DNA of 64,000 bases from Planctomycetota bacterium (GTDB lineage: Bacteria > Planctomycetota > UBA1135 > UBA2386), in the NCBI GenBank assembly GCA_965228735.1, contig OZ245838.1, forward strand, positions 5,120,001-5,184,000, in the 5' to 3' direction. The notes beneath the pieces are model-generated. The model was given only the letters and a program-made list of their open reading frames with translations, had not been told where the DNA came from and did no database searches. How positions within the stretch are numbered: position 1 is the stretch's first letter; each line of letters begins with the position of its first letter. Of this stretch, positions 27,703-37,900 are shown piece after piece. Both the position numbers and the translations under genes were made by a program.

Positions 27703-28695
27703 ATGCGCGGCCTCTACATCGATCAGGGAAAGTTGACGCTGCGGGACGATCTGCCCGAGCCCGAGGCCCGGGCAGGCTGGTCGCGGGTGGCGGTCACGCG
27801 GGCGGGCATCTGCGCCACGGATCAGGCGTTGCTCGCGGGCTACATGGGGTTTGCGGGCGTGCCGGGGCACGAGTTCGTCGGCGTCGCGCTCGACGGCCCG
27901 TTCGCCGGCAAGCGGGTGGTCGGTGAGATCAACGCGGGCTGCGGCCGGTGCGCGCTCTGCCGCGCCGGGGACAGCCGGCATTGCAAGGACCGGACGGTGC
28001 TCGGGATCGCGGGTCTCGGCGGGGCGTTCGCCGAACGAATCGCGCTGCCGAACGCAAACCTGCTCGCCGTGCCGGACGGGGTGTCGGATGACGCGGCCAC
28101 GTTCACGGAGCCGCTCGCGGCGGCGCTCCACATTCGCGAGGACGTCGCGTGGACGACGCATCGGCGAGTGCTCGTGGTCGGCGACGGGAAGCTCGGTTTG
28201 CTTTGTGCCGCGGCGCTCGCATCCGGTGGCCATGACGTCACGCTCGTCGGGCGATCGCCGCGACGGGTCGGGCGGGCTGCGCTGCTCGGGCCGCCGTTCC
28301 AGTTCGTTTCGGGTTGGTTCGAGAACGACGCGAGCGCCCGGCAGGCCGCTGAGGAGGTCGACCCGTTCGACGTCGCGGTGGAGGCGTCGGGCAGCCCGGA
28401 TGTCCTCTCGCGGTTGCTGCCGTTCGTGCGGCCGCAGGGCGTCATCGTGCTCAAGACGACGACGGAGCGCGGTGCGCCGATCGATCTGAGTCCGCTCGTC
28501 GTCAACGAGCTTCGTCTGATCGGCTCGCGATGTGGGCGTTTCGAACCCGCGTTGTCCGCACTGTCGTGCGAGCGGATCGCGGTCGAGGCGCTGATCAGTG
28601 CGCGCTATCCATTGACCGAGGCGGCCGCGGCGTTCGAGCACGCGGGCCGCCGCGGGACTCTCAAGGTGCTGCTCGACATCGGGGAGAGCCCGTAG
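27703..28695 (+). CDS. Zn-dependent medium-chain alcohol dehydrogenase family protein
   Basis: GICATD, GHEFVG, structural Zn motif CGRCALC..C, GDGKLG and GSRCG. Confidence 0.9.
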   Translation: MRGLYIDQGKLTLRDDLPEPEARAGWSRVAVTRAGICATDQALLAGYMGFAGVPGHEFVGVALDGPFAGKRVVGEINAGCGRCALCRAGDSRHCKDRTVLGIAGLGGAFAERIALPNANLLAVPDGVSDDAATFTEPLAAALHIREDVAWTTHRRVLVVGDGKLGLLCAAALASGGHDVTLVGRSPRRVGRAALLGPPFQFVSGWFENDASARQAAEEVDPFDVAVEASGSPDVLSRLLPFVRPQGVIVLKTTTERGAPIDLSPLVVNELRLIGSRCGRFEPALSALSCERIAVEALISARYPLTEAAAAFEHAGRRGTLKVLLDIGESP

Positions 28696-28822
28696 GCCGA
28701 GCCGGCCGTCGATCGCCGAACGCACCCGGACCGATTGCACCACGTTCGCATCGGCCTGACGTGCGGCATCGAAACAACCCAGGGGACTGGTCCACGTCGC
28801 GTGCTCGGCCGACAATCCCCGC

Positions 28823-30157
28823 ATGCCAGCGATCCGCCGCCTCGCCCTCGACCGCCGCACGTTCCTGCGCGGCTCGGCCACTGCTATGGCGTTGCCCTGG
28901 CTCGACGCGATGCGCCCCGCGTTGTCGCCGACGCCGGCGCAGCCGCGCCGCGCGCTGTTCATCTTCTCGCCCAACGGCGTCGACATGCCGCGTTGGCGGG
29001 TCGATGGCGAGGGCCCGAGCGCGGAGCTGAACGAAACGCTCGCGGCGCTGCGGCCGATGCAGGATCGCCTGACGGTGCTGACGCGGCTCGCGATCGACGG
29101 TGGGTTCTCCCACGGCGACGGCCCCGGCGATCACGCGCGCGCAGCCGGCTCGTTCCTCACGTGTGCGCATCCCAAGAAGACGGCGGGCGCGGACATCCAC
29201 ACGGGGGTGTCGGTCGATCAGTGGATCGCGGAGCACGTCGGCGGCGAGACCGTGCTGCCGTCGCTCGAGCTCGGCATGTCGCGCGGCCGCAGTGCCGGCA
29301 GCTGCGACTCGGGCTACTCGTGCGCCTACAGCTCGAACGTGAGCTGGCGCACGCCCACGACGCCGGTCACGAAAGAGACCGACCCGCGCGCGGTGTTCGG
29401 CCGGCTGTTCGGCGACCCCGCAATCGCGACCTCGCAGGCCGCGGCGCGCGTGCAGCGGGCCCGCGATCGGTCCGTGCTCGACCTCGTCCTCGCGGACGCG
29501 AAGTCGCTGCAGCGTGAGCTCGGTCGGCAGGACCGCGCGAAACTGGACGCCTACCTGCAAGCCGTTCGCGAGTTCGAGGTGCGGCTCGGCAAGCTCGACG
29601 ACGAGCAGCCCGAGGTCGACCTGCCCGACGGGCTCATGAGCGAGGACCGCACGTATCAACATCGCCTCGGGCTCATGTACGAGATCATCGCGCTCGCGTT
29701 CGCGAGTGACTCGACGCGGGTCTGCTCGTTCATGCTCGGCAATGCCGGCAGCAACCTGAGCTATCGATTCCTCGACGTGCCCGAAGGCCATCACAACCTG
29801 AGTCATCACGGCAAGGACGCGCACAAGCGCAAGCAGATCGCGCGCATCGATCGCTTCCAGCTCGAGCGTTTCACGGCGTTCCTGCAGCGGCTCGCGAGCG
29901 AAACGAGCGGCGACGGCGATCTGCTCTCGCAGTCGCTCGTCGTCTGGGGCTCGGGTATCGGCGACGGCAACCGCCACAACCACGACGATCTGCCCGTCAT
30001 CCTCGCGGGCGAGGGCGGTGGCGCCGCGAAGGGCCGCCGGCACGCCGCGTTCCCGCGCCGCACGCCGATGGCCAATCTGTATCTGTCGATCGCGCGCGCG
30101 ATGGGGCGCACGGACGAGTCGTTTGCGGACAGCACTGGTCCGTTGCCGCTGGCGTAG
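28823..30157 (+). CDS. DUF1552 family protein
   Basis: RRTFLRG....ALPWLDAM N-terminus; CDSGYSCAY, HHNLSHH and GNRHNHDDLP. Confidence 0.88.
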   Translation: MPAIRRLALDRRTFLRGSATAMALPWLDAMRPALSPTPAQPRRALFIFSPNGVDMPRWRVDGEGPSAELNETLAALRPMQDRLTVLTRLAIDGGFSHGDGPGDHARAAGSFLTCAHPKKTAGADIHTGVSVDQWIAEHVGGETVLPSLELGMSRGRSAGSCDSGYSCAYSSNVSWRTPTTPVTKETDPRAVFGRLFGDPAIATSQAAARVQRARDRSVLDLVLADAKSLQRELGRQDRAKLDAYLQAVREFEVRLGKLDDEQPEVDLPDGLMSEDRTYQHRLGLMYEIIALAFASDSTRVCSFMLGNAGSNLSYRFLDVPEGHHNLSHHGKDAHKRKQIARIDRFQLERFTAFLQRLASETSGDGDLLSQSLVVWGSGIGDGNRHNHDDLPVILAGEGGGAAKGRRHAAFPRRTPMANLYLSIARAMGRTDESFADSTGPLPLA

Positions 30158-30270
30158 AGGCGGCGCGTTGGCCTGTCTCGAAGGGAGCGACCGTCGCGGG
30201 CCGTCGGTGACCGCCGATCCGCGTTAGAATCGGCGTCCCGTTCCACCCGTCGACCCTCGAGAACCGAACG

Positions 30271-32229
30271 ATGACCCGCCTCCACTCCGCCGTGTTCACC
30301 GCGGCCCTGTTCGTCCCGCTCGCCGGCGCCTTCGCGCAGGGTGCGGCCACTGATGCGAGCACCACCCCGCGCGACACCCTGCGCGTCTTGCTCGTCGGCC
30401 ACGATCCCGCGAGTCCCAAGGTGCCGTTCCGGCAGCTCGCGAAGGAGCGCACGTTTCGCCTCTACCGCGAGCGCACCGCCGCGTTCGAGGCGCTGCTGCG
30501 CTACCACTTCGAGAACGTGGAGGTGGTCTACGGCGAGGACTACGTGCCGGCGATGTCCGAGACCGCCGATGTCACGATCTTCGACTGCCGACCGAAGGCG
30601 TTGAAAGAGGTCGTGCGCGAACCGAAGTATCGGCCCGCGGAGTACCTGCCGAGCGACTTCGATTCGCCCGCGATCCTCATCGCGGAGAACTCGCCGTGGA
30701 TCGGCGAGCCCGTCGGCAGCAAGTTCGACTGGCTTTGAATGTGTCTCGATGCCCACGCGCACGGGATGCGCGTCGACCACGAGATCTTCAAGACCCCGCA
30801 CGCCGTCGATCTGACCATCGAGGATCGGCCGACGCCGGCGGCCTACGGGCGGTATCACATGGGCGCGACGATGCCGATGTGGCGGGTGCAGACCGAGGGT
30901 TACCTCGAACGCAACGACATGCTCGTCGGCGTCGTGTCGAGCGACTCCGGCTTCCTCGACTCGCCCGACACCGAGTGGATCTCGGGCGGGGTGAACACCA
31001 AGCGACCCAAGGCGGTGGCGCTCGGGCGCCACGGCAACTTCTTCCACTGGGGTTTCGCCGCGTCGCCGACCTACATGACGGCCGAGGCCAAGCTCGTGTT
31101 CGTCAACGCGATCCACTACATCAGCAAGTTCGACGGCCAGGCGCCGATCGCGCGGCGCGAGCCCGGCGCGTCGACCCGTAACCGGATCGAGGACGCGCTC
31201 GCACGGATCTCGGAGAAGGGCTACGCCCGCGAGCTCGAGCAGCACCGCTACTTCGTCGAGCGCATCAAGGAACGCAACGCCGACATCCAGGCGCGGCTCG
31301 ATCGCGGCGAGGACGTCTCCGACACGGAGAAGCGCGTCCTGCAGAGTCGGGTGCCCGGGAAGCCCGGGCGCTTCGCCCCCGTGAAGCGCTACGTCGACGA
31401 CGAGGCGTGGTCCGAGATCCAGGACGACGAGGCCGCGATCCGACGCTACTTCGCGGAGCGGTTGCCGTTCATGCACAACGTGGGCCGCTACCAGCTCGGC
31501 GTCGACGAAGAACTGCGTGACTTCGGCGTCGGCAACGCGGACATCGCCCTGCTCGACCGCGCGGTCGCGGCGCTGCAGAGCGGCGAACGCGCCGACCTCG
31601 CGCGCAAGCTGCTCGAGCGCTACACCGACGAACGGTTCGAGACGGCGGGTGAGTGGGCTGCGTGGCTCGGTGCGAATCGCGAGCGGCTCTTCTTCACCGA
31701 GGTCGGCGGCTACAAGTGGCTCGTCGATACGACGGCGCCGCGATCGGCGAAGCCGTCGCGACAGGTGCGGGCGAGCGCGGCGCGCAAGATCGTCCTGGCC
31801 GACCGCGGCGATGCTGCGTCCGCGCCGACGAAGCTCGAACCGACTGGCGCCGACCCCGTCGTCGGCGCGGCGACGGTGCGCACGAAACAGGACGGCAAGC
31901 AGGAGGTCGTGCTGCGCGTCGCGATCCTCGACGGCTGGCACGGCTACCGCGACGTCCCCGACGGTTCGCCATACGTGCCGATGACCGTCGCGCTCGACCT
32001 GCCGGCGCACGTGAAGCGGGCGGGCGATTGGACGCTGCCCGCCGCGAGCCCGGCGCCCGAGGACCCGACGCTCACGCTCTACGAAGGCGAGATCGAGTTT
32101 CGCTGCGAGCTCGTCGGCCTCGTGCCGCTCGGCGGCAAGATCACGTGCAACCTGAGCTACCAGGTCTGCGACGAACAGATGTGCCTGCCGCCGGCGATGG
32201 AGTCGTTCGAGGCCGTGCGGGTTCGGTAG
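30271..32229 (+). CDS. Exported selenoprotein (U-x-C) with a C-terminal DsbD N-terminal-like domain; TGA 30736-30738 read as Sec
   Basis: Two abutting in-frame ORFs joined by TGA (DWL-U-MC-LDAHAH); SECIS-like hairpin; signal peptide only on the first part; C-terminal GWHGY...YQVCDEQMCLPP. Confidence 0.78.
30741..30780 (+). promoter_or_regulatory. Candidate bacterial SECIS element
   Basis: Upper stem ACGCGCA (30755-30761) / TGCGCGT (30767-30773) with loop CGGGA; lower pairing TCG/CGA and GTG/CAC; 23 nt between TGA and loop. Confidence 0.68.
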
Positions 32230-32391
32230 TCGGAAGGGCGACGGCAGCGCCGTCGGTGTGCCAGCGCTCACGGCCCGGCGGGAATCGTCGAGGATTCTCG
32301 CGATTCGTGACACGCGAGCGCCCAGTGGCGGCAATGCGAGTGCCGGGCCGGCCTGTCCCCGTCGGCGCGGACCCCATGGAACCGCTTCGCC

Positions 32392-34614
32392 ATGACCCCG
32401 ACACCGCTCTCCGTGCTCGCGCGCCGCGCGTTCGTTCCGCTCGTTCTGTCGACCGTGGTTGCAGCAACGCCGGCGCAGGACTGGCTCAAGGCTCCGGTCA
32501 TGCTCGACGGCTCGCCCGGGTCGCTGCGGGTGGCCGGGGATATCGACGGCGACGGCGACATCGATGCGGTGCGCGTGTCCGGCGCGTCCCTCACGGTCGT
32601 GACGAATGACGGCAGCTGCCGATTCACCGAGGGCGCGACGTATTCGCTGCCGAGCACGGTCCAGGACATCGAGCTCGCGGACATCGACGGCGACGGCATT
32701 GCGGACCTGGTGGTCGGGGTCAGTGGCGTCGGCACGGGCCTGGTCGTGCTGCACGGCGCGGGCGGCGCGACGTTCTCGCCGCCGACCATCGTGCCCGTGT
32801 CGGGGGCGGTCGTCGGGCTCGCGATCGGCGACGCCAACGGCGATTCCCTGCCGGACGTCGCGCTGGCCTATCTCGATCCGCCTTCGCTGCAATACCGCCT
32901 GCTTTGGATGCACGGTGAGCCGACGCGCTCCTATGCGCTCGGGCAGTGGGTCAGCGCGGCGTTCGTGAACGCGATCACCACGCTCGATCACGACGGGGAC
33001 GGCGACGACGACATCGTGTTCGTCGACGACCTGATCGGCGGCGACGTCGTCATGGCAGAAACAGTGGCGGGGCAGACGAGCGCGCCCTTCGTGACCATGT
33101 CGAGTTCCAACGCCTACGGGATCGCGCTGCTGCCCTGCGACATCGACGGCGATGGCGACGAGGACCTCGTCTTCGGCAACCTGATCGCGAACGTGACGTT
33201 GACGCTCGGTTCGCTGCGCAATCTCGGCGGCGGGGCGTGGGCCGCGGGCCCGACGCAGACGCTGTCGGGGACGGCGTTCTCGAGCCTGTTCGCGGGCGAC
33301 TGGGACGGCGACGGCGATCAGGATCTGTGCCTGCGCCAGGGCCATTCGTCCGGATTCCCGGGTCGACACTACACCTCGCTGTTCAGCAACGACGGCACGG
33401 GCGTGTTCTCGCGCAGCTGGGACCACGTGATCTTCGGGCAGGCCGACTACGTCGGCGGCGTCGGCATCTTCGACCTCAACGGCGACGGCCACGCCGACTT
33501 CCTCGACGACATCGCGGCGTTCTGCGGCGACGGCACGCTCGAGGATCCGCTGCCTCGCCGTTCGGGGGCGCGGCGACCGATCGACTGGGACGGCGACGGC
33601 GACCTCGATGCGCCCGGTTTCCTCGGCTCGGTTTGGATCAACGACGGCACGGGCGCGCTCACCGAGACGACCTGGAACGTGCCGGATGTGGCCCCCCAGC
33701 GCTATCTCGGCGAGATCGGCTACGCCGACCTGGACGGCAACGGTCTGATGGACACCATCGCACCGCTGTTCGATCCGCCGCCGCTGTTCGGGCCGTTCGT
33801 CTTCCGCGAGATGCGGCGGCTCGAGGACGACGGTGATGGCGGATTCGTCGATCTGGGGCCCGCAGCGGCGCCGGGGCTGCAGATCACGGGGCCGGTGCTC
33901 GCCGACGATGTCGACGGCGACGGCGACGTCGATCTCGTCAACGACGAGGGTCTCTGGCTCGCGTCGGCAGGGGTGACGTTCGCGTTCGGCGGCCAGCCGT
34001 TCGCCGGCTGGGTGCCGGTCGCGATGGCCGATGTCGACGGTGACGGCGACCGGGACTTCCTCGCGCGACCGACCGGCGGCCACGGCGCCGCGATCCTGCG
34101 CCGCATCGGTCCGGCGTCCTACGCGGTCGAGGTGCTCGCACCGGCGAAGGACGGTGATGACGACGGAGTCGAGGTCGGACTCGAGAGCCGCGCGTTCGAC
34201 GGCTTCGCGGCCGGTTGGCGGCGGCAGTACGGCACCGGGGGGGCGGGTGCTGGTGGGCGACGGCCGGTGCTCGGCGCGGTCGGTCCGATTCGACCCGGCC
34301 TCGTTCCGGAACTGCGGCTCGCGCAGGCGGTCGGCGGCGCGTTCGCGATCCTCGCGGTCGCCGGTGCGGAGTCGAACCTGCAGAGCACGCTGGTGCCCGG
34401 GCTGACGCTCTACGCGTACCCCGAGCTGTTCTCGATCGGCTACGTGCTGCCGGGGCCGCTCGGGCGGCCCGGCGCGGGCGAACTCGACATCGCGTTGGCG
34501 ATCCCGCCCGGCCTGGGCGGTGTGCGGCTCTACTTCCAGGTGCTCGTGTTCGATCCGGCTGCCGGCTCGCAGCTCGCGCACAGCAACGGCTTGGAGCTCG
34601 TCGTCGGGCAGTAA
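32392..34614 (+). CDS. Secreted FG-GAP/VCBS repeat (integrin-like beta-propeller) protein
   Basis: Signal peptide; about ten D.DGDGD.D Ca-binding repeats. Confidence 0.88.
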   Translation: MTPTPLSVLARRAFVPLVLSTVVAATPAQDWLKAPVMLDGSPGSLRVAGDIDGDGDIDAVRVSGASLTVVTNDGSCRFTEGATYSLPSTVQDIELADIDGDGIADLVVGVSGVGTGLVVLHGAGGATFSPPTIVPVSGAVVGLAIGDANGDSLPDVALAYLDPPSLQYRLLWMHGEPTRSYALGQWVSAAFVNAITTLDHDGDGDDDIVFVDDLIGGDVVMAETVAGQTSAPFVTMSSSNAYGIALLPCDIDGDGDEDLVFGNLIANVTLTLGSLRNLGGGAWAAGPTQTLSGTAFSSLFAGDWDGDGDQDLCLRQGHSSGFPGRHYTSLFSNDGTGVFSRSWDHVIFGQADYVGGVGIFDLNGDGHADFLDDIAAFCGDGTLEDPLPRRSGARRPIDWDGDGDLDAPGFLGSVWINDGTGALTETTWNVPDVAPQRYLGEIGYADLDGNGLMDTIAPLFDPPPLFGPFVFREMRRLEDDGDGGFVDLGPAAAPGLQITGPVLADDVDGDGDVDLVNDEGLWLASAGVTFAFGGQPFAGWVPVAMADVDGDGDRDFLARPTGGHGAAILRRIGPASYAVEVLAPAKDGDDDGVEVGLESRAFDGFAAGWRRQYGTGGAGAGGRRPVLGAVGPIRPGLVPELRLAQAVGGAFAILAVAGAESNLQSTLVPGLTLYAYPELFSIGYVLPGPLGRPGAGELDIALAIPPGLGGVRLYFQVLVFDPAAGSQLAHSNGLELVVGQ

Positions 34615-34965
34615 CCGCTCGGGAGGCGACCGCGACGGGTGACCTCGCCGGGCTCGTCGTCGGCTGCCGGCGTCGCGAATGCTCCTGGATTCGCGGATGC
34701 GTTCTGGCCCGACCCGATGGCCCATGTCTTCGCTGCCATCGGGACGCAGCAGAGCGGCGTGCATCCGGCCGTGACGGGGCAGCAGAACGGCAATCCGGCG
34801 ATCGGTCTCGTCGGCCGCTGACGCCGCTGGATCGGCAATTGTCGCAGGAATGTGCCACTCGCAGCGGTGGCGCCCCGAAGCGATTGCGAACGGGCCCGGG
34901 CCGCTAGACTGCGGGGCCCGCTCGGCCGCCCGGCCGAGGTTCGACCCTCCCAAGAGCAATTGCCC

Positions 34966-37900
34966 ATGTCCCGTTCGCTGACCGCCTTGTCGGCGGTGTT
35001 GTCCGTCACGTTCGCCCTTTCCGCCACCGCCCAGCAACTGCCGGAGAGCTGGGCCGACCAACTCGACTGGCGCAGCATCGGCCCGTCGACGATGGGTGGC
35101 CGCATCATCGCGCTCGCCGTCTACGAAGCCGAGCCGTCCACCTGGTGGGCCGCGACGGCCTCGGGCGGGCTGCTCAAGACGACCAACAACGGCACGACGT
35201 TCGAGCATCAATTCGATCGCGAGGCCGTCGTGTCGATCGGCCACGTCGCCGTCGCGCAGTCCGACAAGAACGTCGTCTGGGTCGGCACGGGTGAAGGCAA
35301 CCCGCGCAACTCGGTCTCCTACGGCAACGGCGTCTACAAGTCGACCGACTCCGGCAAGACGTGGTCGCACATGGGGCTCGACGAGTCGTTCCAGATCGGT
35401 CGCATCGCGATCCATCCGGAGAACCCCGATGTCGTCTACGTCGGCGCACTCGGCCGCCTCTACGGCCCGAACGAGCAGCGCGGTCTCTACAAGACGACGG
35501 ACGGCGGCAAGAGCTGGACGCGGATGCTCTTCGTCGACGACAAGACCGGCGTGATCGACATCGACATGCATCCGGAGGACCCGGACACGCTGCTCGTCGC
35601 GACCTACGAGCGCGAGCGCGACGGCTTCGACACCAACGACCCGGCGAAGAAGTACGGCCCGGGCAGCGGCATGTGGAAGACGACGGACGGCGGCGCGACG
35701 TGGAAGAAGCTGACCGACGGTCTGCCGACCTGTGACTTCGGCCGCGTCGGCATCGACTACTACCGCAAGGACCCGAACGTCGTCATGGCGATCGTCGAGA
35801 GCGAGATGATCGCGAAGCAGCCCGAGGACGCGCCGTATCACGGTGCGGCCGTCGAGTCGGCCGATGCCGGCGTGCGCATCACGCGCGTCGAGCCGCAGCG
35901 GCGTCGCGGCGGCAGCCGCGGTGACCGCGGCGGCCGCGGGCGCGGTGGCGACGAAGAGGGCAGCAGCGAGGAGAAGAAGCCCGAGCCCACGCCCGCGAAG
36001 AAGGCCGGCCTGAAGCAGGGCGACATCGTCCTCGCCATCGGCGGTGAGCGCGTGAACACGCAGAGCGAGTTCGAGCGCGAGTGCCGCCAGCACAAGGCCG
36101 GCGACTCGGTGAAGTTCACGGTCGTGCGCGACCGCAAGGACCACGAGATCGTCGTCAAGTTCGGCAAGTACCCGGAGGGCACGCGGTCGCCGTTCACGGG
36201 CACGCTCGGCGGTCAGGCGGCCGACATGCAGGACCTGCAGGGCAAGAACGGCCACGAGTACGGCGGCATCTACAAGTCGACCGACGGCGGCGAGACGTGG
36301 AAGCGCATCAACACGCTCAACCCGCGGCCGATGTACTACAGCCAGATCCGCATCGACCCGAGCAACAGCGACAACGTCATGGTGCTCGGCACGTCACTCT
36401 ACCGTTCGACGGACGGCGGCAAGTCGTTCGACCGCGGTGCCGGTCGCGGCATGCACGTCGATCACCACGCGGAGTGGATCGACCCGAACAACGGTGATCA
36501 CATCATCCACGGCTGCGACGGCGGCGTGTACGTCACCTACGATGCGGGCAAGAACTGGGATCATCTCAACCACGTCGCGATCGGGCAGTTCTACCACGTC
36601 GGCGTGAGCAGCGACCGCAACTACCGCGTCTACGGTGGTCTGCAGGACAACGGCAGCTGGGGCGGCCCGAGCCGCACCGCGGGCACCGGCGCGCGCAACC
36701 ACGACTGGGTGCGGGTCGGCGGTGGTGACGGGTTCCGCTGCCTCGTCGATCCGGACGACAAGAACGTCGTCTACAGCCAGAGCCAGAACGGTCCGCCCGG
36801 CTGGCGCAACCTCGAGACGAGCGCGCGCGGCAGCCTGCGTTCGCGCGGTCGCGGCGGCAACCGGGAGCGCATCCGCTTCAACTGGGAGACGCCGTACATC
36901 CTGTCCGACCACAACAGCAAGATCGTCTACACGGCCGGCAACAAGGTCATGAAGTCGCTCAACCGCGGCGCGAACATGCAGGTGATCTCGCCGGACATCA
37001 CCAACACGGACCGGGGTTCGGCGACGGCGCTGGCCGAGTCGCCGCGCGACGCCGGCATCGTCTACGTCGGCACCGACGACGGGGCGCTGTGGGTGACCCA
37101 CGACGGCGGCGATGAGTGGATCGACTGTTTCGCCACGGGCGCGGGCGATCCGACCGAGGAAGCCGCGGCCGAGTCGTCGACCGAGGGTGGCCCCGCGGCC
37201 GCCGAGGACACGGCGTTCTCCGCCCAGCCGATCAACGAGCTCGTGCCCGGCCCGCGTTGGGTGAGCGAGATCGTCGCGAGCCGCTTCGACAGCAAGCGCG
37301 CCTACGTGACCCTCGACGGCCACCGCAGCGATGACGACGCGGCCTACGTGTTCCGCACCGACGACGGCGGCCTCAACTGGGAGTCGCTGACGGCGTCGCT
37401 GCCGGAGTTCGCGGGTTCGACGCGCACGATCTGCGAGGACCCGGTGAACGAGGACGTGCTCTACCTCGGCACCGAGTTCTCCGCGTTCGTGTCGCTCGAC
37501 CGCGGCAAGAACTGGACGCGGATGAACGGCGACCTGCCGACGGTTTCGGTGCACGCGTTCGCCGTCAACGTGCCGTCCGGCGAGATGGTCGCGGGCACGC
37601 ACGGTCGCAGCCTGTGGATCACGAGCGTCAACGAGATCCGCCAGATGACGAAGGAGGTGCTCGAGAAGGACATGCACTTCTACGAGCCCGTGTCGGCGAT
37701 CATCTGGAAGTCGGACCTGTCGACGGGCGGCACCAACCGGCGTTTCGTCGGTGAGAACCCGGGCAGCGGCGCGCGGCTCGTCTACCACCTCAAGAAGAAG
37801 GCGCGTTCGGCCAAGATCGAGGTGCTCGACAGCAGCGGCAAGGCGGTGCGCACGATGGAGTGTCCGACCGACGCCGGCCTGCACGCGGTGAGCTGGAACC

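Noticed and set aside
24060..28986. Long N-terminal extensions of the PPIase (to 26660) and DUF1624 (to 28986) ORFs, suggesting fusions
   Set aside because: The extensions are antisense to galK and the MDR dehydrogenase; the internal starts give normal proteins
34639..34821. 60-aa ORF between the FG-GAP and BNR genes
   Set aside because: No recognisable motif or clear translation signal; may be a remnant but cannot be supported
29806..36255. 2149-aa minus-strand ORF and other long antisense ORFs (e.g. 12134-15532, 46045-49344, 53475-56405)
   Set aside because: Shadow frames of well-supported opposite-strand genes in high-GC DNA; Arg/Ala-rich with no motifs
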